Assembly (NCBI GenBank): GCA_031763465.1
Contig: JARFOE010000001.1
Span: 12,620,816-12,672,413 of the forward strand
Direction: 5' to 3'
DNA from: Squatina squatina
Lineage: Eukaryota
Length of the DNA stretch: 51,598 nucleotides
In this document: positions 1 to 10,905 of the stretch, one piece after another
How positions within the stretch are numbered: position 1 is the first letter of the stretch
How the letters are laid out: each line of letters opens with the position of its first letter
The notes under the pieces: model-generated
Seen by the model: the letters and a program-made list of their open reading frames with translations, nothing else
Database searches by the model: none
Told to the model about the DNA's origin: nothing
Translations under genes and position numbers: made by a program

Positions 1-1696
1 ACACTTCCTGCACACATGGTCATCAGGGACACTGGAAGTATCCCTAATTTCCCACATAGCGCAGGAGGAGCATGCCATGGGTCTGGGCTGTCCTGCCATG
101 AATTACCCTTTAATTACTTTAAATTAAATTAAAGCCTACTAATCACACTAGGGGCTTACATGTAAAAGTTTTTGTTTTCTGTTTTCACCCTTTCACCAAA
201 ATAACCCCCGCAAAATCTAAACCAGGATGTATAAATTAGAATATTAAATTCAATACAAAATCTTGCGCATAAAGTGACAAAAAGAGAAGGAAAGAAAGAT
301 GGAATTAAGAGGGAGATAAAAGAGACAGAAAGAAAAAGCAAAAAAAAAGTTTTAATTTTTTTAAGTTCTCCAACAATATGTAAAATCTGAAGGAAAGCTG
401 CTCCACACTTATAAATGCAAAATTTTCAGTGCCAGAGAGATTGTTTGGCAGTATTTATGACTTATCACACCGTTAAAAATTCACTTACAGCTGAATGCAC
501 CAGCCCTAATTTTCTCTGGTGTGTTTTGTGGGTAACTACTGGGTAAGTACTACAACATCCAATCCTTCATGTATTTCAATGCCGAGTCTCTTGGTGAGGT
601 ACTGATGTAGCAAAGCTTGGGGAGGAACATGGCAACTCAGAGAGTAACTTCTGGTTTTCCGTGTTTGATGCCACATGTGTGACCATCAAAAATTGCTGTC
701 TGATTTGCTCTGTAAAAGCCATTAGCCCTGATAGCCTCACTATTATTCTTAATGTAAAATCTGGACCATTGTGAAATCAAGGACTCTTGAGAATTTGCAT
801 GCTTCCTTTTAATTGCCTCTTAACAAGGAGTTAATATACAGAACAGCTATTATTTTACATTGCACTATTTTACTTACAGGAGTAGTTTTGAAGCAGGAAC
901 CTGAAGCTAATTCTTGATGCTTTAATCCTTTAAAATTAGTCTTGTGAACTCACAGCCAATACTGTAGCTATTAAAGACATTTAAGACATGGTCCTCTGCA
1001 TCAATTAAATATTAATTACGCAACAGAAAATATTGCAAAATCAGCATTATGAAATGCAGGGCAATGTATAATTCCATACAAATGTAACAGTAGACAGAAT
1101 GCAAACTGGCCACAGATGCTTATGCGGTTTAGTCTCACAAGATCATAATGTGTTGACGGACAGAGAAATTGTTCAAGTTATCATGCTATCTGTCAACCCA
1201 GTCACAATGACGTATAATGTTGCTGGGAAACAATATAGTCAAAACATGATAAGATCAAAAATTGCTTTATTTCACATATTTTAAAAGTTCCATTTTATTT
1301 ACACCTATTCGGTTCAATAGATTGATAAACTAATAAGATTACACACTTCAGTGTTATCCTGCTGTGACAGATTTTCACCATAAGCTTTGTACATACAATA
1401 AATCCTTCTGTATGCAACAGTGATCCTGCTTGGTGAGTATTTGGGTAATATCTCATAAATGAGACCTTTGCACAAATGCTGATGGATTACAGAATCTGGT
1501 TTAATTTCATCTAAGTCTCTGAAAAATAAAATACATCAAATCATTGAAAACTTTAGGAATAGGGAAAGGCTGTTCAGCCCATAAAACCTACTNNNNNNNN
1601 NNNNNNNNNNNNNNNNNNNNNNNNNNNNNNNNNNNNNNNNNNNNNNNNNNNNNNNNNNNNNNNNNNNNNNNNNNNNNNNNNNNNNNNNNNNNTCTA

Positions 1697-1765
1697 AGAG
1701 TCTCACTTTCAGCGCTAAATTCGGCGCTTAGCGCTAGAAATGCAAAAATCGCAAATTGGCCGCCC
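1697..1765 (+). repeat. Terminal segment of a dispersed GC-rich non-autonomous DNA element
   Basis: agagtctcactttcagcgctaaattcggcgcttagcgctagaaatgcaaaaatcgcaaattggccgccc has a close second copy at 27031-27099. Confidence 0.65.
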
Positions 1766-1768
1766 ACA

Positions 1769-2340
1769 AGCTGCTAAATTTGGCTCCGTAGCGCTATGGG
1801 TGCCATTTCAGGTTCTGAATGGAGTCCAAGGACTGTGCAGACTCACCTGGTGTGGGTCACTCTGGACGCCATTTTGGGTACGTCGTTAGCGCGGCTGCTG
1901 AAAGCGTGCGCCAGAAGTATACAGAGTACACAGATCGTGATGTCAGTCAGCGTGCAATGATGATTTGACGCCAGCGCTGCCATTTTCGACCTCAATGCTA
2001 CAGCTAACACTCTGTCTTAACCTCGCACAGCTGAACATGTGTTCAGCAGCAGGAAGGACCCCCTACCAGAGCTACTTAAAGGGATCATCAACTGCTTTCA
2101 GATTAGTTGCTGATTGATTTCTACTGGCTCTTGGTGAGTTTTTACAAGTGTTTGGTGGTTTGTTATCTTATTTGAAGTTGCTGAAGTCTCCAGCAAGTGG
2201 TGTGACAGGTTACTTCAAGGCTACTGCTCAGACCAGTTGCTCCCAAGCTTGGGTGCAGTAGTCTGTATTCACTTTGTCTTGCAAGAGAGAGGGAAGTGTT
2301 GTCAGTGAGTGTGTTGCAATATGTTGGGGTGATGTGCCTG
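1769..2340 (+). mobile_element. 5' end of a PIF/Harbinger transposon: terminal region plus the sequence upstream of the transposase gene
   Basis: 2075-2260 (ttaaagggatcatcaactgctttcagattagttgctgattgatttctactggctc...gttgctcccaagcttgggtgc) aligns by eye with the reverse complement of 38220-38400, which lies directly upstream of the Harbinger transposase pseudogene. Truncated by the gap at 2341. Confidence 0.65.
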
Positions 2341-2454
2341 NNNNNNNNNNNNNNNNNNNNNNNNNNNNNNNNNNNNNNNNNNNNNNNNNNNNNNNNNNNN
2401 NNNNNNNNNNNNNNNNNNNNNNNNNNNNNNNNNNNNNNNNGTAGCAGAAACAGT

Positions 2455-2630
2455 AGAAATACTCACCTGATCCTACTTACCAATCAGCTGCCTCCCCTGC
2501 GTCGCGTCACTTTTTGAATCGTGATGTCACCCCGAACTCTGCCGCTGGTCCCGGCGAAGGGGGTGGCTCTCTTGCAGGTCCACCGCCTCTTGCCGCTGCC
2601 GCCAAGGTAGAGTAGAAGGAGGCTCATGTG
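2455..2630 (-). repeat. Probable LINE (CR1-type) 5' UTR fragment
   Basis: CpG-rich. The minus strand reads aaaaagtgacgcgacgcaggggaggcagctgattggtaagtaggatcaggtgagtattt, resembling chondrichthyan CR1 5' ends. Recognition only. Confidence 0.35.
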
Positions 2631-4617
2631 GAGTATAAACACCAATATATACCATTTGGGCTGAATGACCAGTTTGGATGCAGTAGATTCAACGTAATTC
2701 AATTTAATTCACCAGTGAGGAGGGGGGAGGCAGGATTGGTGGAGGAATGGAGGGGGCGGGGGGGGCTGTTGGGGTGGTGGTAGGAGAGCAGGGGATTTGA
2801 TCAGCTGACAAGCAGACTATGAATAGAAAGTTATTACTGCATTAATTTTTACAAAGAACGGTAAATTATTAGAAAGAAGGATGAATCAGACTTAGACTAT
2901 TTGTGCAGTATTTCAGTAATAATGGAATTTTAAAATGAGCTGAAAATTGCTACCACATCATGTTTATCAGTTGTGTGCAGCCATGCTAGGTCAAGCTCAG
3001 ACAGTTAATATTAGTTTCATTAGAGGATACAAGCTGTGGGCCCCAAGGCCCTGCACATAGATACAATTAGTTGGAACTTAATTATTCCTTACCCTGTGCT
3101 TTCGATTACACTATGATCAAAGAGAAAGTACTGAAGAAAATCAGGGTGGTAAAAGATTGATTATAGTCCGATTCAGCAGTGTAATCATTTCCTTCCGCTT
3201 TCTCAGCGTGAATTGTTTCCGACGAGGATAAATTGACATCGGATAGCAGTATAGTGGGGCTAAAATCAAACAGTCCTCAGGTATAATGTAAATTGTCTCA
3301 TATTTCTTTCATTAGGAAGGTATTGTATCTTACCATGTTATCCATCTTGCTCTAACTATCTCAGTGTGGTGAAAACAATTGCAGTGTGGTAATTCAATCT
3401 TACTAGTAAACACAACCCCTACGACAGTCTTATTCATCTGTTTAATGCAGCATTCAGCTTCTGATTTTTTTCCTTTAATTCAATTTGTTGCAAAACAGTT
3501 TACAAATTATACAGGAAACTGAAAGTGGCACCATTTATTTTCTCTTGAAAAAAGAAGGCTGAGGGGTGACTGAAAANNNNNNNNNNNNNNNNNNNNNNNN
3601 NNNNNNNNNNNNNNNNNNNNNNNNNNNNNNNNNNNNNNNNNNNNNNNNNNNNNNNNNNNNNNNNNNNNNNNNNNNNATTATGATGCTTTGTGTGCGATCA
3701 GGTATTGAGTTATTAATTTTGTGCATGGTCCATGGAGCACGGCCTGGACTAATTGATTATACATTGCATTCAAATGTTGTGAAACATCCGTATTCTTGTG
3801 GCAAGATTTACAACCATCCCTTAATTTATGTAAATTTTCCAAACTGATGCACTTTTATGAACTGAACTTGTCTATGCTTACATTTACATTTTAGTGATAT
3901 AAGCAATACTAGGCCATCAAAATCTGACCTGCACTAATTTGCATCTTATTTGAGATTTAAAGTGGGAAGAAAATATGAGTATATTTCAGGACACAATACT
4001 CTATGTCAGCTGTTTATAGTGGGGTGCAGAATTATCTTGCTGACAAGCATATCACCAGGGCTGAGCTTGGATTGTGAACCTGAATGTCAAAAGATGTATT
4101 CCTCCAGATTTCTACGAAATGTAGTACACACTGAACTGCCTTTGCGGTGAATCTGCATATATTTAAGTAAAGTGCTTGCCATTGTTACGTTACTTTATCT
4201 CGTCCAATTCTAAAGATACATATAGATTGTTAATGGAGTTGCTGGATATCAATGTCTACATCAATGTTTTTGAAACTACAATTATCCCCCTTTGTCTGTT
4301 TACACGTGTCAAAATATCTGTTGAAATCTTCCAATATTTGCTCATTTTCATTATGCTCTGGCCAAACAATGTTTAAATGAGGTTTTCTAATATGCTGATG
4401 CTAAAACATTGATAAGATATAATTTTGCCATGTAACATTTGTGGAAGAATTTTCTATTTTAATTTGAGTAAACTGAGAACAGCAGCCTCTATGGGAGATA
4501 ATGTTGAAACATAATTTNNNNNNNNNNNNNNNNNNNNNNNNNNNNNNNNNNNNNNNNNNNNNNNNNNNNNNNNNNNNNNNNNNNNNNNNNNNNNNNNNNN
4601 NNNNNNNNNNNNNNNNN

Positions 4618-5200
4618 CCCCTCAGCCAAGTTTCTGTCAGGGCCAAGATGTCGATGCAATCATCCACAATAAGCTCATGGATGGCAAGGGCCTTATTCGC
4701 AAGGAGATGCGGAGAGGATCGGTGATGGCTGATCTACCACCAGCATCCACAGGGTCAGCGCTTGGAGGGGTGAATTGAATGGGGAGGAGATTGACAAGAT
4801 TATCCCCCCACGGGCGAGCTGGCAGCAAGGTCGGCGAGAGAGTAGGATGGGACAGTTGAGGTTGCTACTCGTGAGGAGACAGCGATGAGTGCCTCGGTGA
4901 GCCCTTCGGAGGATGCCAAGAGAGGCACTGAGGGAAGCTGTAGGCTTATCTATGAGGAAGTCAAGCTGGGACGGCGGCAGGAGAGTAGGAAGGTCGAAGA
5001 GTAATGAAGGGTTAGGGTAGTGATTTGGGAAGGCAGAGTATCCAAGAGAGGAAAGATGAAAGGAGGCATGACAACAGGAGAGGGATAGAGAGAAAGAAGT
5101 GGCAATAGAAATGAATGGCTCTGGTCTGAAGCAGTCACCAAAATGCACATGCGAATGGACACAGGGAAAAACCCAAGTTACATAGTCCTGGTTATATAGC
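4618..5200 (-). mobile_element. L2-clade LINE fragment: start of the ORF2 apurinic endonuclease and upstream region
   Basis: The minus strand encodes NKALAIHELIVDDCIDILALTETWLR, the APE N-terminal 'D(I/V)LALTETWL' motif. Frameshifted upstream and cut by the gap ending at 4617. Confidence 0.8.
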
Positions 5201-6258
5201 AATTATATGGATGGTAGTAGCAGGGAAAAGTCTGGTGAGTTAAGTCGTTGGTCCTGTGGANNNNNNNNNNNNNNNNNNNNNNNNNNNNNNNNNNNNNNNN
5301 NNNNNNNNNNNNNNNNNNNNNNNNNNNNNNNNNNNNNNNNNNNNNNNNNNNNNNNNNNNNAATTACCTTTATGGTGGGAACAGAAAACGAAACCAGATGT
5401 AATTGTCTAAAGTTATTTCAAGGAATGAGAGAGAAACAGGGAAAAAATATGCAATTAGTGTGTGCTGTCTGGACTCCTTGTAACCCCTCAGGTTACTAAA
5501 CAGCTGCGATGAATTAACTACAAAAACCTGTCAGACTGTGTTCCTGCAATAAAAAAAACTGTTTCCATTCTCAAATAAAGCTATTACTTGTAAAAGGAAC
5601 AAAGGTTAGAACTGTCAATTATTTCTCTTTTCTATGGCGTTTCATTGAAAACAGAAGCGCTGTAATTTAGACATCTTGGGATCATCTTCAAAAGTCAGTA
5701 CATTTAGATGAAGATGATGTCGAATGAAATTTGGCAACATGCTGGTCAATGTTCAACATTACTGGCACATACCAATGACTAGCCTGTCTAGAAATAAGTG
5801 TTTTCAACTTATAATGATAGCTGTTTGCATTCAGGGTATTGCTCCATCGTGGGAGTTGGACAAATGACACCAGTTAGATTGAGACCTGGCATGTGAGTTA
5901 TCTTTTACTTTCCATATCTGTGCTGAGCAATGTTTCCTGTTATAGAAAAAAACACATTAAAATTATTTTGCTTTTCCGAACTTAATGGACCAACAACCGC
6001 ACGTGTATTTAAATTCCATTTTGTTTTTTTCTTCTCTTCACATATGTCTGATTCACATGTCGTTCCTCATCTTCAAGGTGGAAAGCAAACCTGTGTCCAT
6101 TCTTTTACCAATTCTTTTGAGCTAATCACAAAGTTCTGAAAGAGCACTCTGGCAAATCACCTTCTATTTTGAATAACTCCCTGTGAGGAAATGCTTGGCT
6201 TCAGCTCAGTACCTCCTGCGTAGCACAGATGAGGTTATGAATACTCTCTGGGAATTAT

Positions 6259-6383
6259 GGGGAAGATTTTAAGTTTCACCGCCAGGCAGAAAACTGGCAA
6301 TGGAAAGGAAAATGCAGCGGTCTGGATAACGGGCAGCCTACTGTCAGCTTTATGCCCAGTGGCGAAAGTTAAAATCTATCCCC
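6259..6383. mobile_element. Hairpin MITE (about 125 bp) with GGGG-started terminal inverted repeats
   Basis: Left end ggggaagattttaagtttcaccgccaggc versus reverse complement of right end ggggatagattttaactttcgccactgggc. No clear target-site duplication. Confidence 0.65.
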
Positions 6384-6442
6384 ACAGGTGCAAACTCATA
6401 TCCTATCAGCTGGTGGCACAATGTGTTGGAGCAGTGTATTAA

Positions 6443-6605
6443 AATCACAGAATCATAGAATGATACATCACAGAAGGAGGCCATTCGGCCCATTGTGCTG
6501 GTGCCGACTCTTTGGTAGAGCTATCCAATTAATTGCACTCCCCTGCTCTCTCCCCATAGCCCTGTAATTTTATCAAATTTTCTTTTGAATGTTACTGTTG
6601 AATCT
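6443..6605 (-). repeat. CR1 LINE or CR1-dependent SINE 3' end
   Basis: aatcacagaatcatagaatgatacatcacagaaggaggccattcggccc is the reverse complement of a CR1-type 3' end (gggccgaatggcctccttctgtg) followed by a (ttctatga)-like tail. Confidence 0.7.
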
Positions 6606-7502
6606 GCTATTGGTATTATCACACCATCTGCCAGACGAAAAATGTAGCATCAATTTAGTTCTTCAGATATACCATACACACAAATAATAAACTATAACAT
6701 TTAGTTTTGTTTTGCTTACACAGCAATTAGTATAATACTCTGCAATATTCCACAGCTTTCATAGTAGCCCTTCAAAATAATACGTAGGCACAACTTATGT
6801 CTACAGAAGCACTCATTCTCCACAACATTTTGATACACCATGACTTCCAGAGCAGCCCTCCAGCTTTATCCATAACATTTTTGTGCACATTGGATTGGAA
6901 ATATCCTATTTTGCAGTAATGCTTCTCCACACTNNNNNNNNNNNNNNNNNNNNNNNNNNNNNNNNNNNNNNNNNNNNNNNNNNNNNNNNNNNNNNNNNNN
7001 NNNNNNNNNNNNNNNNNNNNNNNNNNNNNNNNNAATCTGGTCAAATGTCTTTTCCTTATACTCTTGAGGAACTCAGCTGTTAGAATATAATCCTCTGTAT
7101 TTTAGACAAAATAGAACAATTATCTTTATTAACTCATGTTTACATTTTCTAAATTAAACAGATGATTAACATTCTGAATGCAAAGGGCACTTAATCCCAT
7201 TACAGTTTTGCACAATTTAATTAACATTCTTATAGACAAATCCAGTGGACTTTAGTAAGCTAGTCATTTCAAATTGTAAAACTGTAGGGAAACCTTTTTT
7301 ATGAATTATTATATAACCACCCACAACTTTCTTTTCTGATCTGATCTTACTGTTCTATTTTCTAGACTGTAGGTGCATTTGAATCACATTGTACCTGTTT
7401 TTGCCCAGTGCTTTAGATCTTTTTTGCTGGATGGACTGCTCTTTTTGCATTTGTTTTTCTGGTAACACTTCCCTTTATTAGTTTTGGTTGATTTGTGACA
7501 AC

Positions 7503-7694
7503 TGTGGCTCAGTAGCTAGCATTCTTGCCTGAGAGTCAGAGGTGATGTGTTCTAATTCCACGCCAGCGACTTGAGCACAAAAGTCTAGGCTGACACTCAA
7601 ATGCAGTACTGAATGCTGCACGCTTGGAGGTGCCGTCTTTCAGATCAGACATTAAACTGGGGCCCCGTTTGCTCTCTCAGGTGGATGTAAAAGA
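7503..7694 (+). mobile_element. DeuSINE (SacSINE1-like): tRNA-derived head plus start of the Deu domain
   Basis: Box A-like gtggctcagtagctag and box B-like gttctaattcc, then ggaggtgccgtctttcagatcagacattaaactggggcccc, matching the Deu-domain start. Cut by a gap. Confidence 0.75.
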
Positions 7695-8637
7695 NNNNNN
7701 NNNNNNNNNNNNNNNNNNNNNNNNNNNNNNNNNNNNNNNNNNNNNNNNNNNNNNNNNNNNNNNNNNNNNNNNNNNNNNNNNNNNNNNNNNNNNNGAGGCT
7801 GTAAAAGGCTGAAACGCTGTTTTAGGATGGGAACTTCAGGTCGTATGCCTGCACTAACGTCACCAGGAGGGCATTACATGGGCGTTACAAATCTCCAGTC
7901 ACCAGTGCGGAATTTTGCCGAGTGGCACTGAGGTAATACCGGCAACTCCGGTGGCAATCACAAAATTTTCCCCCCTTGCTGTCTTTTAAGGGGAAACATA
8001 GCTTACAGAATTTTTCACTTTTCATAATTCAGAATTTAGCTACTGCACATCATGTCCATTTAAATATTGTTTAGGATTCATGGCCAGAAAATCAAGGAGA
8101 CACACTAATGTCTGAGATNNNNNNNNNNTTATCCAACAGTATTTAAAAAATCATAAAGATTTTACATCATCTTGCTACTAATAACTGCAATGAAATTGCT
8201 TTTAATCTACTTTAAATAAGAAATGCAATAAAAGTGGAGAGAATTCCAGAATGACTGAGATGGGTGAAAAAGTCATATAAGTGAACTGAAGTTCTATTCA
8301 TAGTGCACTAAAATCAATTTTACAGTAACTACTTCCTAAGCATGTAGCATTCTTTGTCTAGAACTGGAATGAACAAATGCTGAAGATGTTCAATATTTTT
8401 AAAAATTTTATGCTAAAAAACTATAAGAAAATGAACATAAATAATATAACACATGCCATGATTTATTATTTATACTGATCTTTTCAACTGAAAAATGCTA
8501 ACCTTGTCAGATTAGTGAAGTGCCACACAGATGCTGCNNNNNNNNNNNNNNNNNNNNNNNNNNNNNNNNNNNNNNNNNNNNNNNNNNNNNNNNNNNNNNN
8601 NNNNNNNNNNNNNNNNNNNNNNNNNNNNNNNNNNNNN

Positions 8638-8800
8638 GTGATCATGGCATGACTTCCAGACGGAGTAGTGGAGGTGAATACCCTGGATAATTTAAGAAAG
8701 AATTAGAAGCAGTAACAGGAGGATTATAGGACACTTCTGGATGGAAGATCTAATATGGGTCGATTGGTCTTCCTCATCCATAATTATCTTGTGATCTTGC
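8638..8800 (+). repeat. Old CR1-type LINE 3' end
   Basis: gtagtggaggtgaataccctggataatttaagaaagaattaga resembles the CR1 ORF2 C-terminus (VVE...FKKEL), followed by atgggtcgattggtcttcctc and an (atcttgtg)-like tail. Confidence 0.5.
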
Positions 8801-10059
8801 GATTGTGGGGAATAATACCTTTTGTTGGCTAAATCTACTTTAACCACTGGTCAATAATATTATCTGCTCATTTCTTTGCCAGTAGACTGGTGGTAAATGT
8901 TCCTCTTTAGCACTCCCAGTGTAGAGCACCGTTCAATAGGAGCGCATATTGGGAATTTGGGTTTGCACCGACACATTTATCTATCCATTACATATAACTA
9001 TTTAGCCCACATTCTGCTTTCCTACTATTAGCATTCAGAGGCAGTGGAGACTTGCATATTTGCCACTTAGTGTAAGCAATTTTTATATTTGACTTCAGAC
9101 ACTGCAAAATTTGGTTATTTATGATCCAATTATGATTAATACAGGTTGATGCACAAAGCTGCCAGGGAACACAGGTACACAGATGTCCTCCACTATACTG
9201 CTTTGGAATATGGACACAATCCCACNNNNNNNNNNAAATCCACTGCTCTATACTGACAGAATTGGATGCCTTCCATTACACCAGCAGGTATTATTGTTTT
9301 CTGTTAGAAAGGTTGATTTTATTATCTATTTTAACACTTTGGAAACAGGAGCTTTAGCCACAGATAATAGACTGCCTTAAAGTCAGTACTAGGGTAGCAA
9401 AACATTTGACAGGATAGGGTAATGGAAGCAAGCACAATTAACAGACACTTTTACTGCTTTGTGCATGGATGTGCTTTTTTTTAAAGACAGAAATATAAGG
9501 GTTGAAATTGACAGTAAAACACTGGTAACAAACAATGCATTAACAAATCTGTCTAAAGCTCTTGTGTCTATTATTTTAATGTTCAATACTGTCTGAACTG
9601 GGACAAATTCTAAGGTTAAGAAAACAAGCACAGGGTGGATTATTTTCGATGTGGAAATCCTTTTTGTGCTCATCCCTACTGACAACATCATGAATATCTT
9701 AAACTATTCAGGAATTTAACTTATTGAAATCCTTTATTTCTAGTTCCAGTTTTCTTCCACGTTTACTCTGTAGGCCAGACTCTTCAGTGCCTAACAAAGG
9801 AACTCTTATCCCAAAGTCTTGTGGATCCAAAGTTTCAGTGGATTGGCCCGCATGGACTAATTACTAAAGGTATCTATTTATTTGTTTTACAGAAATGTTA
9901 TTTTCATCTTTTTTTTTCATTTTTTACTACCACCATGTTGCCATCTTCAAACTGCAAATAAGAAATAGTCTGGGTTCTGGACTTTTTGGAAGGCATTTTG
10001 TGTGAGTAGTATAGTGGAATAGGTCCTCCAACCAATTTCCCCTCCACTGTTCAAAAAAG

Positions 10060-10143
10060 CATAGAGACATAGAAAATAGGAACAGAAGTAGGCCATTTGG
10101 CCCTTCGCGCCTGCTCCGCCATTCAAAATGATCATGGCTGATC
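10060..10143 (-). repeat. CR1-type LINE 3' end
   Basis: catagagacatagaaaataggaacagaagtaggccatttggccc...atgatcatggctgatc is the reverse complement of a CR1 3' terminus with a (tctatg)-like tail. Confidence 0.7.
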
Positions 10144-10164
10144 CTCCAATTTCAGTAATACAGA

Positions 10165-10357
10165 AGCGAAATACTGCGGATGCTGGAATCTAGAATACAA
10201 ACAAAAACTGCTGAAAAAACTCAGCATGTGTGGAGAGAAAAACAGAGTTAGCGTTTTGGGTCTGATGAAGGGTCATCAACCCGAATCATTGACTCTGTTT
10301 TTCTCTCCACAAATGCTGCCTGACCTGCTGAGTTCTTGCAGCATTTTCTGTTTGTAT
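10165..10357. mobile_element. Inverted pair of Penelope pLTR-like repeats with a degenerate minimal hammerhead motif
   Basis: Perfect 19-bp inverted repeat gtggagagaaaaacagagt (10230-10248) / actctgtttttctctccac (10292-10310) within longer imperfect arms. The centre reads CTGATGA-agggtc-atc-aaccc-GAAT. Same family as 22787-22920 and 42356-42463. Confidence 0.65.
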
Positions 10358-10548
10358 CCAATTTCAGTATCCTGTTCCTGCTTTTTCCCCATATCCCCAG
10401 ACCTCTTTAGCCATAAGTACTATATCGAGATCCTTCTTGAATATATTTNNNNNNNNNNNNNNNNNNNNNNNNNNNNNNNNNNNNNNNNNNNNNNNNNNNN
10501 NNNNNNNNNNNNNNNNNNNNNNNNNNNNNNNNNNNNNNNNNNNNNNNN

Positions 10549-10733
10549 AACGTTGCACGCTGACTAGTGCTGGATTTTGTGTCACCAGCACCTAGGCCTT
10601 TACGCCGTGGGGGCACCGACACCAATTCCGCAGGTGATGGTTTTACACCCGCGGAATGCCAAAAACACATTTTACGCCCTGTTAGCGCCCCTTGAAGGTG
10701 CTAATGGTGCAAAACGAGACCAATTTGGCCCCC
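10549..10733. repeat. GC/CpG-rich non-autonomous DNA element end
   Basis: CpG-rich segment ending in ccaatttggcccc, similar in style to the other GGG(C)-AAATT termini in this window. Starts at a gap. Confidence 0.45.
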
Positions 10734-10737
10734 ACCT

Positions 10738-10905
10738 CCTGGTCATATATCTCATTGCTGTTAATGGGACCTTGATGTGCAAATTGGCTGCTGTGTTTTC
10801 TATATTACAACAGTGACTAAATTTCAAAAATTATTTCATTGGCTGCAAAGCACTTTGGGACATTTTGAGGTTATAAAAATGTTATATAAACACAAGTTCT
10901 TTCTT
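10738..10905 (+). repeat. DeuSINE (SacSINE1-like) 3' part
   Basis: ctggtcatatatctcattgctg...ttcattggctgcaaagcactttgggacattttgagg...ataaacacaagttctttctt is homologous to 13590-13760. Confidence 0.75.

Noticed and set aside
7503-7575. tRNA gene
   Set aside because: A and B box-like motifs run straight into SINE body sequence and there is no intact cloverleaf, so it is a SINE head.
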